DNA of 64,000 bases from Nitrosopumilaceae archaeon. Its GTDB lineage: Archaea > Thermoproteota > Nitrososphaeria > Nitrososphaerales > Nitrosopumilaceae. The stretch covers positions 1,152,001 to 1,216,000 of the forward strand of contig OZ242376.1 in the NCBI GenBank assembly GCA_965209085.1. The letters run 5' to 3'. Shown here piece by piece: positions 1 through 10,945 of the stretch. Under the pieces are notes generated by a model that did no database searches, was not told the DNA's origin, and saw nothing but the letters and a program-made list of their open reading frames with translations. Every line of letters begins with the position of its first letter. The first letter of the stretch is position 1. The position numbers and the translations under genes are program-made.

Positions 1-3000
1 TTTAGTTGATCATAGCCGCCCATACCGTCTGTAATGAGCGATACGGGTTGGGGTGAGGATGGGTTTGTAACGTCTACGATTTGGACGCTGTGGTCATTGC
101 GGGCTGTTATCAGGGCATAGATAGATGCGTCGATTGTTACTGTTGTAACGCCATGCAGACGGTCTAGTTTTGGATAGTCTGTGCCGTTTTTAATGGTTAA
201 AATAACAAAAGGTGATTCAGGGTTGCTAATGTTGAGGATCCAAAAACGATCAAGTTCGTTGACGGCTATGGCATATGTGGTATCGTTTACTGTAAAGATG
301 GATGCATCATTTGCACTAAATGGAGCGGTACCATTGGTAAAAGAGGTATTTTCGTATACTAGGCTAGGTGATGCAGGATTTGTAATGTTTACAATAATTA
401 TACTGCCAGATTCACGATTAAGCATTAAAGCATATGGTACATTGTTTATTTTAAACGAGTTTACAGAGGTGTGACGTGCATTATTAGTGGTGTTTAAATC
501 AGTACCTCTGGTTAGTGTTCCACTCGGAGAGTGGATAAGTTTAGTTTCAAGCACCAATTGCGCCGCATTCAAAACATTCACAGTACGGGATATGGTATTT
601 CCAGTATTTCCCGCACTATCTGTAGGAGCTGCATAGGTTAGAGTATACGTGCCCAAAGTATCAACATTTACAGTATTACTTGAATATACAACAGTATCCT
701 CATATGAGATATCAGTTGCAACAGCACCTGAATCTGTAAAAGCGTCTCCCCGTACAATGTTTACAGTGTCAAGACCTAGCAGCGATATGGCAGGTTTTAT
801 TGTATCAATTGTAACGTACGAGCCATCTGTAATGTCATAATTTGATACATGCAGGAAATTCCCGCCGGTACTTTGTAATGTAATGAAAAATGTTGCATTA
901 CCGTTGAGACTTTGATCAGATACTTGGGTGTTAAAAGTGACCCTGTTGCCTGATATGACGGGTGAAACATTTACACCAAGCAGCATACCGCTTGCACTAG
1001 ATGGAGTAAATCCGGTTAAATCAAGTGTGACAAGTGTTGTCTGGCCAGTTTTTGCAAAATTATCGCTGCCGGAGCCAAGTATTGTTATACTCAAAGATGT
1101 GATTTCCGGTTGTGCCGCATCAGATACTGTAACTGTCCGTGTTACGCTGTTACCTAAATTTCCTGCCCCGTCAGTATCAGCAGTATACGTGTACAGGACA
1201 ACAGAGCCAGGTACACTAGTATTCAAAGTTGCATTTGCACTAGTAGTAAAAGTATTTTTGTAGTTTGGATCCCCATCACTTGTTAGTGCGCCTGGAATTA
1301 GCGGATTAGCAGTACCCATCGGTACGGTAAATGATGGCGAGCCTATGATGGATATTCCAGGTCCAATCGTATCGATGAATACATTGTTGCTCTGCGATAT
1401 GTCACTCTCTGTTACAAACAGGGTTATATCCTCAGCGTTTGTAACCTGTATTACAAAGGTTGCATTTGATTCTGTTTGTACAGGAGGTACAGTTATTGTT
1501 GCACTAAAATCTGCACCGCTTAATGATACGGCTGGGTTTAATCCCAGTATTTGGCTTGTATGAGAGGAGATTGTATCATTTATGGTAAATTGTACGGTAA
1601 GTGTATCACCTGTTTTGGCATATATGGGTTTTGCATTGTTGCTAGATATAACCAGTTGTGTTGATTCCAGTTTTATGATTTGTAGACCTTCATCATTTGC
1701 GGCTATAAATGCATATGTTGTGCCATTTATGGTTGCAGTAATGACACCACGTGATCTTTCCAGATTTACATAACCATCAGTATTATCCATGATGGAAGAT
1801 GCAGGTTTGGGGTTGTATGGGTCTGTAATGTCTATGATTTGGATGCCATCATCAAAATTGGATGCCACCAAGGCATAAACTGATGATCTTATAGTTACGG
1901 TGGTAATGCCATATGGACCATATAGTGTATCATAACCGTCCATTCCATCTGTTACGCTTGATGCATTTGATGGGTTGTATGGGTCTGTAATGTTTATGAT
2001 TTGGACGCCATTATCATGAAATGATGCCACCAAGGCATAAACTGATGATCCTACAGTTACGGTGGTGATGCTAATTGGATTACGTAGTGTATCATAGCCG
2101 CCTATTCCGTCTGTTACACTTGATGCAGGTAATGGGCTGTATGGGTCTGTAATGTCTATGATTTGGACGCCATCATCATTATTGGATGCCACCAAAGCAT
2201 AAACTGATGCACCGATTGTTACAGTGGTAATGTCAAATGCGCCTGCTAGTTCCAAATAACCATCCGTATCATCGGTAAGGTAGTATACATGTGAGGGGCT
2301 GTGGGGGTTTGTAACGTCTATGATTTGGACGCCGTTTGTAGGATGGGCCGATGCAAACAGTGCAAAAGTTGAGGCACCTATTGTTACGGTTGTAACGCTT
2401 TGTGCATTGTATAGTCGCGGATAGTCTGTGCCGTTTACAAGTGTTGCAATAATAGAGGGGGATGCAGGTGAGCTGATGTCGATTATACTAGTAGTACCGA
2501 TACCACCTGCAGCTATGACATATTGGGTATTATCTATTGTAAAGATGGATGTTTTTAATGCAGGTGTGAAAAAGGTATTATTATATACTATACTAGGTAA
2601 TGCAGGATTTGTAACGTCTGCAATAATCCATGCTCCAGCGGATACTTCCGCTATCAAGGCATATGTTTTACCACTTGTTTCAAACAGATTGATGGTATCA
2701 GAAAGTATCTCGGTTGAAAAATCAGTACCTCTTGTTAGTGTTCCACTAGGAGAGTGGATAAATTTAGCATCAAGTACCAACTGCGCCACATCCAAAACAT
2801 TCACAGTACGGGATACAGTATTACCTAAATTTCCTGCACCATCTGCCGGAGCTGCATAGTTTAGCGTGTACGTACCTGCAACATTTGTATTTACAGTACC
2901 TGTGCCATTTACTATAGTATCCTCATATGAGACATCAGTTGCAACAGCGCCCAGATCCGTAAATGTCGATCCCTTTGCAATGCTTACATTATCTGTACCG

Positions 3001-4980
3001 AACAGCGATATGGCAGGCCTTATTGTGTCAATTGTAACGTACGAGCCATCAGTAATGTCATAATTTGATACGTACAAAACATCACCGGCTGCATTCTCCA
3101 ATGTATAGTAAAATGTAGCATTACCGTTTGGACTTTGATCAGATACTCGGGTGTTGAGAGTAAACTTGCTGCCAGACGGTGTAATATTTTCACCAATCAG
3201 GCTGCCGCTTGCACTAACGGGGGTAAATCCGGTTAATTCAAGTGAGGTGTATACTCTATCGCCAGATTTTGCAAAAATACCACTGCTTTCTATGCCCAAT
3301 GATGCAATCTCTTGTTGCATAGTATTTGATACAATAACCGTACGTGTTACACTATTACCGGTATTTCCTGCCACATCAGAGCCGGCAGTATACGTGTACA
3401 GTACAGAGCCTAACACGCTAGTATCAAAAGTTGTATTTGTACTTATAATTATAGTACTTGCATAATTTGAATCTCCATCAGTTGCTATCGCACCGGGAAT
3501 AAACTGATCAGATGCACCAGGTGGTACAAGAAGTAATGATGGACCGGTGAGGGATATTGCAGGTGCGATTGTATCAACAAAGACGTTACTGTTTACTGGT
3601 ATGTCGTTTTCTGTTACAGTGCGGCTCAAACCGCCGTTGGTTGTAATATCTACTGCAAAGGTTGCATACGATTCAGTTTGTGTAGATGGTATGGTTATTG
3701 TTGCATTAAAATTAGTATCATGTATGGTTACAATAGGGGTTAATCCCAATATTTGGCTTGTATGGGAGGAGATTGTATCATTTATGGTAAATTGTACGGT
3801 GAGTGTATCGCCTGTCTTTGCATATTTGGGGTTTGAATTGTTGCTAGTTATGCCTATGGGTGATGATCCTAGTTTTATGATTTGGATGCCCTCATCGTAT
3901 GATGCTACCAAAATATATGTCAAGTCATCTATGGTTATAACAGATATTTCTCTTGGACTTTGCAAATTTGTATAACCGTTCTCATTGTCTACAATGGCAG
4001 ATGTCGGCAGAGGGTTGTATGGGTCTGTAATGTTTATGATTTGGACGCTGTTATCTTGAAAGGCTGCCACTAGGGCAAAAACTGATGTGCCGATTGTTGC
4101 AGTGGTGATGTGATATGCGCCGTTTAGTTTGTCATAACCGCCTTTGCCATCGGTAATGGTTGATGCCGGTTGTGGGTTGTATGGGTCTGTAATGTCTATG
4201 ATTTGGACGCTATCATCATTAATGGTTGCCGCTAGGGCAAAAGTTGATGATCCGATTGTGATGGCGGTAATTCTAAATGTGCCGTCTAGTTTATCATAAC
4301 CGCCTATGCCATTGGTAATGTTTGATGCCGGTTGTGGGTTGTATGGGTCTGTAATGTCTATGATTTGGACGCCGTCATCATTAACGGCTGCCACTAGGGC
4401 ATAGATGGATGATCCGATTTTTATGGCGGTAATGCCTAGTGCGCCATTTAGTTGATCATAGCCATCCTTACCGTCGGTAATGAGCGATACGGGTTGGGGT
4501 GAGGATGGGTTTGTAACGTCTACGATTTGGACGCTGTGGTCATTGCGGGCTGTTATCAGGGCATAAACGGATGCGTTGATTGTTACTGTTGTAACGCCCT
4601 GCAGATTGTCTAGTTTTGGATAGTCTGTGCCGTTTTTAATGGTTAAAATAACAAAAGGTGATTCAGGGTTGCTAATGTTGAGGATCCAAAAACGATCAAG
4701 ACTGTTGACGGCTATGGCATATGTGGCATCATTTACTGTAAAGATGGATGCATCATGTGCAAGGAATGCAGCGATACCATTGGTAAAAGAGGTATTTTCG
4801 TATACTGTGCTAGGTGATGCAGGATTTGTAATGTTTACAATAAGTATATTGCCAAATTCACGATCAAGCATTAAAGCATATGATACATTGTTTATTTTAA
4901 ACGAGTTTACAGAGGTGTAATATGCATTATTAATGGTGTTAAAATCAGTGCCTCTGTCCAGTGTTGCTACCGGAGAGTCA
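1..4980. repeat. Intragenic module duplications: 1-535 vs 4447-4980 (offset 4446); ~540-1650 vs ~2760-3880 (offset ~2220)
   Basis: Direct comparison; TTTAGTTGATCATAGCC occurs at 1 and 4447, and the shadow ORFs 181..474 and 4627..4920 are near-identical. Confidence 0.9.
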
Positions 4981-7900
4981 TTAAATATAGATACAAATTT
5001 AATCGGTGATGCAACCTGTACGCGTACAGTACGGGATATAGGGTTTTCTTGATTCCCTGCATAATCATCAGGTGCAGTATAGGTGAGCGTATAGGTTCCC
5101 ACACTAGTTGTGGTCACAGATCCTGTTGGCAGGATGGTTTTATAGCCGTATGAGAGATCATATGCTGTTGCATTTTTATCCGCATACGTACGATTCAGTA
5201 GGGATACGGTATTGTTTGCACCGTTGAGTGTTATGTTTGGCGCCGTTGTATCAATGATGATATTCTCACTAGTCAGGTCATCTTGTGTAACTCTGATTGC
5301 GTAATCGCTGGAATTTGTCACATATATGTCAAATGTGAGGTTGCCGTTTGTATCACTTTGTGTTACAGTCTTTGTTAAGGATATGCTGCCGCCGGATGCA
5401 GATGCTGTAAAGCTGTCTCCAAGTATGTCACCTGTTGCGTTTCCAATATCAGATCCGTCAGTTACAAGCGTGATTGTTATCACATCGCCAGACTTTACAT
5501 AACTAGAGTTTGAATTGTCACTGTTCACGATCAGTGATGTGAAGATAATTGGATCAAAATCGACCACCGTTACTGTGCGGTTGATGCTAGCTCCCAAGTT
5601 TCCTGCCGCATCAGCATTAGCTGTGTACGTATATGTGACAATATCTCCAATATTACTTGTATTAAGCGGGTCTGATGCTACAGTATAATTTGATACAGAA
5701 TAACCTGGACTCTCATCTAGTGCCTTGGCACCAGGAATGGTTGGGTTTTGTATGCCTACAAATACTGTATACTGTGCGGGTCCAATCAACTCTATTCTTG
5801 GAGGTATTGTATCAACAAACACGTTTTGGCCTATAATATCATCTTGTGTCAGATTGAGCTCTACTCCAAAAGAGTTTTCAAGTGAAACAGTATAGTTTGC
5901 ATATCCTTGTATGCTTACAGTTGGAATTGTAACTAGTGTGTTTATCGTGTTTATACCAGAGGTTGTAGTGGCAGATACTGACGGGTTTACAAATTGCACC
6001 GCATATGAGGATATGGTATCGTTTACGGCAAGTTGCATGGAAATTGTATCTCCTGCTTTGGCGTACGCATCATTTGAGTTGTTGCTAGCAATTGAAAATG
6101 CCGACGGTATTGATTCTATCGCATGTTCAAGTTTTATGATTTGCACGCCATCACTTGTACGTGAGGTTACAACAGCGTATGCATCGCCGTTTATCGTTAC
6201 AGTTTCAATAGCATATGGATCGTTAAGATATGATGTATCCGTATTTGATCCTATGGCAGATACTGGTTGCGGCAATTGGGGATTTGTAATATCGATGATT
6301 TGTACTGCATTGGCAGGTTTGGATGGTGCAAGGGCATATGTTGAATTTCCCACACGTATTGTTGCAATATCCTGCGCTAAGACAAGTGCCGGATATCCGT
6401 TTTCGTTTTGTACAGCTGAGACTGGGAATGGCAACTCCATATGCGTAATGTCTATGATTTGCACTCCGCTATCACCGCCTGTTGCCAGGGCGTATATGCG
6501 GCCATTTTGGTGGAGAATCTCAATTCTAATAACATGATATAGCTCCAAATCTACACCATTACTATCACTTATGACATGCACCTGGACCGGGGATGCCGGA
6601 TTGCTAATGTTGATTATTGCAATATTATTTCCATTACGTGACGCAGCTAGGACATACGTTGAGCCATCAATGTTTACTGTTGTAACGTATTGTACGCCAT
6701 TTAATGCATAGTCTGTGCCGTTTTTCATGACTCCCACGTGTATGGGGGATGCAGGATTTGTAATATCTAAAATTGCAACCCAGTTGTTTGGATACGAGGG
6801 TACCAGGGCATATGCGTTGTTATCTATATGGACTGTGGAGACTGAATACGGTACATTAAGGAACGGGTAATTTGTGCCGTTTACAATGCTAGATGTTACA
6901 ATAGGTGAGGCAGGGTTTGTAATATCCATCATTGTAACACTGTTGGAAAACAATGATGCTGTCACTGCATACGTTTTAGATTGTATTTGGATTACAGATA
7001 TGCCAATTACGCCATTTAGGTTTTCATAGTTTGCAGTGCTCGTATTTGCGCTAAATACCAGACTAGGTGATTGCGGATCACTAATGTCCAAGATTGTAAT
7101 GCTACTACCGCCATAACCTATTGCCAGTGCGTATGTAGTGCCGCCTATTTGGGCAATTTCAAGATTGCGCGGATCCTCTAGATGCGGATATGCTGCAGAT
7201 TTTGTTACATTTGATGTAGGGGATGCTAGGAAACTGTATATCTGATTTGTCAGTGAGATCTCTGGCAGTATTTCCACGCTGATGGTTCTTGTTATTTGCC
7301 TTTGGTTGCCTGCCCAATCCGATACGGCATATGTTATCACATATTCTGCAACACTGTTTGTATTAACTGCACCCGTACCTGATACATTCTGTTTGCCGTA
7401 TGATGTATCATACGAGTATGCTCCATCATCTGCGTATGGAACACCAAGGTGGGATACTGTATTGTTTGCACCATACAGGTATAACAGGGGCGGTATTGTA
7501 TCTATGATAAGGTTCTCGCCTGTAAGATCATCTTGTGTTATGCGGATTCCATGACCTGTGGAATTTGTCACATGGATACTAAATGTGAGCTCGCCGTTTG
7601 TATCATCATTTGTAATGGTTTTCTCGAAGAGTGTGTTGCCGCCAAATGGATTTGACGTAAAGTTGCCTCCAAGTATGCTACCTGTTGCTACTCCAATATC
7701 GGAGCCAACAGTTCGAAGCGTGATTCTTATCACATCGCCAGACTTTGCATAATTGCCACTAGCGTTTGAATTATCACTTGATACAGTCAGGGATGTAATG
7801 TTAATTGGTTCATAGTCTATTACACTTACTGTTCGATTGATGCTCATGCCTGAGTTTCCTGCCGCATCAGAGTCTGCAGTATATGTATAGATTACAGATC

Positions 7901-10760
7901 CCACAGTACTAGTATCCAAAGTGCCGATGATTGTGGTAGTAAAGGTATCAGGATAGTTTGGGTCCCCATCAGTTATGATTACACCAGGGATGAACGGATC
8001 AGTTGAATTCAAAGGTACATTAAAAGATGAGGCGCCGATGAGTGATATTCTAGGTCCAATTGTGTCGATGAATACGTTGGAGGCTAGTGGTACGTCGTTT
8101 TCTGTCACAGATAGGGTTGCGCCATCATTGTTTACAACCTCTGCTGCAAAGGTTGCATACGATTCAGTTTGTACAGGAGGTACGGTTATTGTTGCACTAA
8201 AATCTGCACCGCTTATGGATACGGCGGGGGTTAATCCCAGTATTTGGCTTGTATGAGATGAGATTGTATCATTTATGGCAAATTGTATGGTGAGTGTATC
8301 GCCTGTTTTGGCATATTTGGGGTTTGAATTGTTGCTAGTTATGCCTATGGGTGATACAATTTCAAGCGGTGATGCATCCTGTACGCGTACAGTACGGGAT
8401 ATAGTGTTTCCTTGATTCCCTGCATAATCATCAGGTGCAGTATAGGTGAGCGTATAGGTTCCCATACTAGTTGTGGTCACAGATCCTGTTGGCAGGATGG
8501 TTTTATAGCCGTATGAGAGATCATAGGCTGTTGCATTTTTATCCGCATACGTACGATTCAGTATGGATACGGTATTGTTTGCACCGTTGAGTGTTATGTT
8601 TGGCGCCGTTGTATCAATGATGATATTCCCACTAGTCAGGTCATCTTGTGTAACTCTGATTGCGTAACTGCTTGAATTTATCACATATATGTCAAATGTG
8701 AGGTTGCCGTTTGTGTCGCTTTGCTCGATGGTTTTGTTCAGGTGTATTATTCCACCATTACCGGAGATTTCATGTGTAAAGTTGCCGCCAAGTATGTTGC
8801 CTGTTATACTTGTAATATCGGTGCTGACCGTGTTAATCTGAATTCTCACAGTATCGCCTGCCTTTGCATAATTGGTACTGTTCACTGAATTATTACTGCT
8901 CACGGTCAGGGCTGTGATGTCAAGTGGTCCATGGTCTATCACTGTCACGGTTCGGCTGACGCTTGTTTCAGGGTTTCCTGCCTCATCCGAATCTGCCGTA
9001 TACGTGTAGAGAATTACAGAGCCAATTTTACTTGTGTTCAAAGTGCCGTTTCTGGTGGTGCTAACAATGCCAGAATATTTTGGATCCCCATCGCTTGCAG
9101 TGGCGCCTGGAATGAACGGGTTTGTGGTGTCTACAAATACCGTATAGTTTGCATCCCCGATCAGTGTTATGCTAGGGGATATGGTATCGACAAATACGTT
9201 TTGAGTAGCCATATCATTCTGTGTTACAACAAGGTTGGAAGTTTGATTATTTTCAACCACTGCCCTAAAGTTTGCATATCCTTCCCGTTCGGTGGCCGGT
9301 ACAGTTATGCTAGCGGTAAAGTTTTGATCAGCAAAGTTTGATGATGCATCCAGGTCCAGTATTGTGGCATAACCGTTATCAATTGTATCATTTACTGTAA
9401 ATTTGACGGTCAGCGTATCTCCTGCTTTTGCGTATACCGGGTTTATATTATTGCTGTTTATTGACAAGATTTTTTCTTTGTTTGCAAATTTTATTATTTG
9501 GACGCCATCATCACCAAGGGATGCGACCAGCGCGTATACGGTATCATTCAAAGTAACGGAGGTAATGATATTTGGATCGTATAGTGTATCAAAACCATCT
9601 ACATTATCACGTATGCCATATACGGCAGATGGAGATGAGGGATCTGTAATGTTGATTATTTGGATGCCGTTATCAAAACTAGCTGTAACTAGTGCGTATG
9701 TGGCGTTTTCCAAAGTAATGGTGGTGATGCTGCGCGGGTGATCCAATGTATCAAACTCACCTACACCATCACGTATGCCATATACGGCAGACGGAGATGT
9801 GGGGTCTGTAATGTTGATTATTTGAACGCCAGACTCAGCATATGCTGCGACCAGCGCGTATACTGTGCCATTCAAAGTAACGATGGTGATGCCGAATGGT
9901 TGATGTAGTGTATCAAAACCATCTACATTATCACGTATGCTGTATACAGCAGACGGTGATGAGGGGTCTGTAATGTTGATTATTTGGATGCCGGGGGTAT
10001 TACTATTATAAGATACAACTAGTGCGTATGTGGCATCTTCCAAAGTAACGGTGGCAATGTCGCGCGGTGAGTATAGTGTATCAAAATCACTATTAGGTTT
10101 TATATTAAATGTGGGAGATGGCAATGATGGGTCTGTAATGTTGATTATTTGAACGCCGCTATCACCATAGGATGTGACCAGCGCGTATACGGCGTCGTTC
10201 AAAGTAACGGTGGTAACGGCAGATGGTCGTTTTAGCGTATCAAAACCACCTACATTATCACGTATGCTAGATACGGCAGACGGTGATGAGGGGTCTGTAA
10301 TGTTGATTATCTGAACGCCGTTCTCACCATAGGATGTGACCAGCGCGTATACGGCATCGTTCAAAGTAACGGTGGTAACGGCGAATGGTATATCCAACGT
10401 ATCAAAACCATCTACATTATCACGTATGCTATATACGGCAGACGGTGATGAGGGGTCTGTAATGTTGATTATTTGAACGGCGTCATCAGTATAGGATGTG
10501 ACTAGCGCGTATACGGCGTTGTTCAAAGTAACGGTGGTAATGCCTTGTGGATCCGATAAAGGATATTCTGCGCTATGGATTATGTTCGATGTGGGGTATG
10601 CGAACAGACCTTGGACTGTGACAATTGATAGTATTTGCGCGGCATTATTTTCTACCCCATATGCACGATTTACTGAGATATCCTGATCATCGTATACAAA
10701 TGGTGAAGTAAATGGTAGAGGCGATAGTAATATTAATATGATTATGAGTGCAACGTACAT
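1..10760 (-). CDS. Giant secreted/surface protein with LVIVD-type beta-propeller repeats and Ig-like/DUF5011-like modules; 3' end lies outside the window (>3586 aa)
   Basis: Missing from the ORF track because there is no stop in the window. ATG at 10760 gives MYVALIIILILLSPLPF (signal peptide), then repeats such as YALVTSY..GVQIINITDPSSP and DTxxPxIxLxG...YxxxDxAGN...RTVxV. The frame at position 182 matches the frame at 10760, and most antisense shadow ORFs lie in one frame. Confidence 0.9.
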   Translation of the reverse strand, partial: MYVALIIILILLSPLPFTSPFVYDDQDISVNRAYGVENNAAQILSIVTVQGLFAYPTSNIIHSAEYPLSDPQGITTVTLNNAVYALVTSYTDDAVQIINITDPSSPSAVYSIRDNVDGFDTLDIPFAVTTVTLNDAVYALVTSYGENGVQIINITDPSSPSAVSSIRDNVGGFDTLKRPSAVTTVTLNDAVYALVTSYGDSGVQIINITDPSLPSPTFNIKPNSDFDTLYSPRDIATVTLEDATYALVVSYNSNTPGIQIINITDPSSPSAVYSIRDNVDGFDTLHQPFGITIVTLNGTVYALVAAYAESGVQIINITDPTSPSAVYGIRDGVGEFDTLDHPRSITTITLENATYALVTASFDNGIQIINITDPSSPSAVYGIRDNVDGFDTLYDPNIITSVTLNDTVYALVASLGDDGVQIIKFANKEKILSINSNNINPVYAKAGDTLTVKFTVNDTIDNGYATILDLDASSNFADQNFTASITVPATEREGYANFRAVVENNQTSNLVVTQNDMATQNVFVDTISPSITLIGDANYTVFVDTTNPFIPGATASDGDPKYSGIVSTTRNGTLNTSKIGSVILYTYTADSDEAGNPETSVSRTVTVIDHGPLDITALTVSSNNSVNSTNYAKAGDTVRIQINTVSTDITSITGNILGGNFTHEISGNGGIIHLNKTIEQSDTNGNLTFDIYVINSSSYAIRVTQDDLTSGNIIIDTTAPNITLNGANNTVSILNRTYADKNATAYDLSYGYKTILPTGSVTTTSMGTYTLTYTAPDDYAGNQGNTISRTVRVQDASPLEIVSPIGITSNNSNPKYAKTGDTLTIQFAINDTISSHTSQILGLTPAVSISGADFSATITVPPVQTESYATFAAEVVNNDGATLSVTENDVPLASNVFIDTIGPRISLIGASSFNVPLNSTDPFIPGVIITDGDPNYPDTFTTTIIGTLDTSTVGSVIYTYTADSDAAGNSGMSINRTVSVIDYEPINITSLTVSSDNSNASGNYAKSGDVIRITLRTVGSDIGVATGSILGGNFTSNPFGGNTLFEKTITNDDTNGELTFSIHVTNSTGHGIRITQDDLTGENLIIDTIPPLLYLYGANNTVSHLGVPYADDGAYSYDTSYGKQNVSGTGAVNTNSVAEYVITYAVSDWAGNQRQITRTISVEILPEISLTNQIYSFLASPTSNVTKSAAYPHLEDPRNLEIAQIGGTTYALAIGYGGSSITILDISDPQSPSLVFSANTSTANYENLNGVIGISVIQIQSKTYAVTASLFSNSVTMMDITNPASPIVTSSIVNGTNYPFLNVPYSVSTVHIDNNAYALVPSYPNNWVAILDITNPASPIHVGVMKNGTDYALNGVQYVTTVNIDGSTYVLAASRNGNNIAIINISNPASPVQVHVISDSNGVDLELYHVIRIEILHQNGRIYALATGGDSGVQIIDITHMELPFPVSAVQNENGYPALVLAQDIATIRVGNSTYALAPSKPANAVQIIDITNPQLPQPVSAIGSNTDTSYLNDPYAIETVTINGDAYAVVTSRTSDGVQIIKLEHAIESIPSAFSIASNNSNDAYAKAGDTISMQLAVNDTISSYAVQFVNPSVSATTTSGINTINTLVTIPTVSIQGYANYTVSLENSFGVELNLTQDDIIGQNVFVDTIPPRIELIGPAQYTVFVGIQNPTIPGAKALDESPGYSVSNYTVASDPLNTSNIGDIVTYTYTANADAAGNLGASINRTVTVVDFDPIIFTSLIVNSDNSNSSYVKSGDVITITLVTDGSDIGNATGDILGDSFTASASGGSISLTKTVTQSDTNGNLTFDIYVTNSSDYAIRVTQDDLTSENIIIDTTAPNITLNGANNTVSLLNRTYADKNATAYDLSYGYKTILPTGSVTTTSVGTYTLTYTAPDDYAGNQENPISRTVRVQVASPIKFVSIFNDSPVATLDRGTDFNTINNAYYTSVNSFKINNVSYALMLDREFGNILIVNITNPASPSTVYENTSFTNGIAAFLAHDASIFTVNDATYAIAVNSLDRFWILNISNPESPFVILTIKNGTDYPKLDNLQGVTTVTINASVYALITARNDHSVQIVDVTNPSSPQPVSLITDGKDGYDQLNGALGITAIKIGSSIYALVAAVNDDGVQIIDITDPYNPQPASNITNGIGGYDKLDGTFRITAITIGSSTFALAATINDDSVQIIDITDPYNPQPASTITDGKGGYDKLNGAYHITTATIGTSVFALVAAFQDNSVQIINITDPYNPLPTSAIVDNENGYTNLQSPREISVITIDDLTYILVASYDEGIQIIKLGSSPIGITSNNSNPKYAKTGDTLTVQFTINDTISSHTSQILGLTPIVTIHDTNFNATITIPSTQTESYATFAVDITTNGGLSRTVTENDIPVNSNVFVDTIAPAISLTGPSLLLVPPGASDQFIPGAIATDGDSNYASTIIISTNTTFDTSVLGSVLYTYTAGSDVAGNTGNSVTRTVIVSNTMQQEIASLGIESSGIFAKSGDRVYTSLELTGFTPVSASGSLIGENITPSGSKFTLNTRVSDQSPNGNATFYYTLENAAGDVLYVSNYDITDGSYVTIDTIRPAISLFGTDNVSIAKGSTFTDLGAVATDVSYEDTIVNGTGTVNTNVAGTYTLNYAAPADGAGNLGNTVSRTVNVLDVAQLVLDAKFIHSPSGTLTRGTDFSTEILSDTINLFETSGKTYALIAEVSAGAWIIADVTNPALPSIVYNNTFFTPALKTSIFTIDNTQYVIAAGGIGTTSIIDISSPASPSIIATLVNGTDYPRLYNAQSVTTVTIGASTFALFASAHPTNGVQIIDVTNPHSPSHVYYLTDDTDGYLELAGAFDITTVTIGASVYALVASNNDDGVQIIDITDPYSPLPASSVTDGIGGYDTLRNPISITTVTVGSSVYALVASFHDNGVQIINITDPYNPSNASSVTDGMDGYDTLYGPYGITTVTIRSSVYALVASNFDDGIQIIDITDPYNPKPASSIMDNTDGYVNLERSRGVITATINGTTYAFIAANDEGLQIIKLESTQLVISSNNAKPIYAKTGDTLTVQFTINDTISSHTSQILGLNPAVSLSGADFSATITVPPVQTESNATFVIQVTNAEDITLFVTESDISQSNNVFIDTIGPGISIIGSPSFTVPMGTANPLIPGALTSDGDPNYKNTFTTSANATLNTSVPGSVVLYTYTADTDGAGNLGNSVTRTVTVSDAAQPEITSLSITILGSGSDNFAKTGQTTLVTLDLTGFTPSSASGMLLGVNVSPVISGNRVTFNTQVSDQSLNGNATFFITLQSTGGNFLHVSNYDITDGSYVTIDTIKPAISLLGLDTVNIVRGDAFTDSGAVATDISYEDTVVYSSNTVNVDTLGTYTLTYAAPTDSAGNTGNTISRTVNVLNAAQLVLETKLIHSPSGTLTRGTDLNTTNNARHTSVNSFKINNVPYALMLNRESGSIIIVNITNPASPSLVYENTSFTNGTAPFSANDASIFTVNDTTYAIAVNELDRFWILNISNPESPFVILTIKNGTDYPKLDRLHGVTTVTIDASIYALITARNDHSVQIVDVTNPSSPQPVSLITDGMGGYDQL
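5004..8720. repeat. Near-identical duplicated Ig-like module: ~5004-5360 vs ~8367-8720
   Basis: Shared long stretches such as GATTCCCTGCATAATCATCAGGTGCAGTATAGGTGAGCGTATAGGTTCCC. Confidence 0.9.
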
Positions 10761-10799
10761 ATTGTACTGTCACATATAATTGTTACATATAATTGTACA

Positions 10800-10945
10800 G
10801 TAAATGGTAGCCCTACAAACCCCTCTCTGAGAGGATTTTAACCAATTCTGTGTGCGAATTGATCCCCCTCATACGCATAGTCTCATAAAAGGTCAGAATG
10901 ATGCCAAGCTTTCTCATGCCTTTTGCGTTTTTCAGTCCTCCCTTT
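10800..10945 (-). mobile_element. IS66-family right-end remnant
   Basis: GTAAATGG terminus at 10800; encodes GGLKNAKGMRKLGIILTFYET, homologous to 21688 and 29745-30114. Confidence 0.75.

Noticed and set aside
1-8720. Diversity-generating retroelement TR/VR pair
   Set aside because: Differences between repeats are not adenine-restricted, both copies are in-frame coding modules, and no reverse transcriptase is in the window.
9480-10550. CRISPR-like periodic repeat (GGGTCTGTAATGTTGATTATTTG)
   Set aside because: Period of about 140 bp, in frame, with homologous intervening sequence: these are LVIVD protein repeats. No cas genes seen.
181-10686. Many + strand ORFs of 60-208 aa
   Set aside because: Antisense shadows of the giant minus-strand gene; nearly all share one frame.
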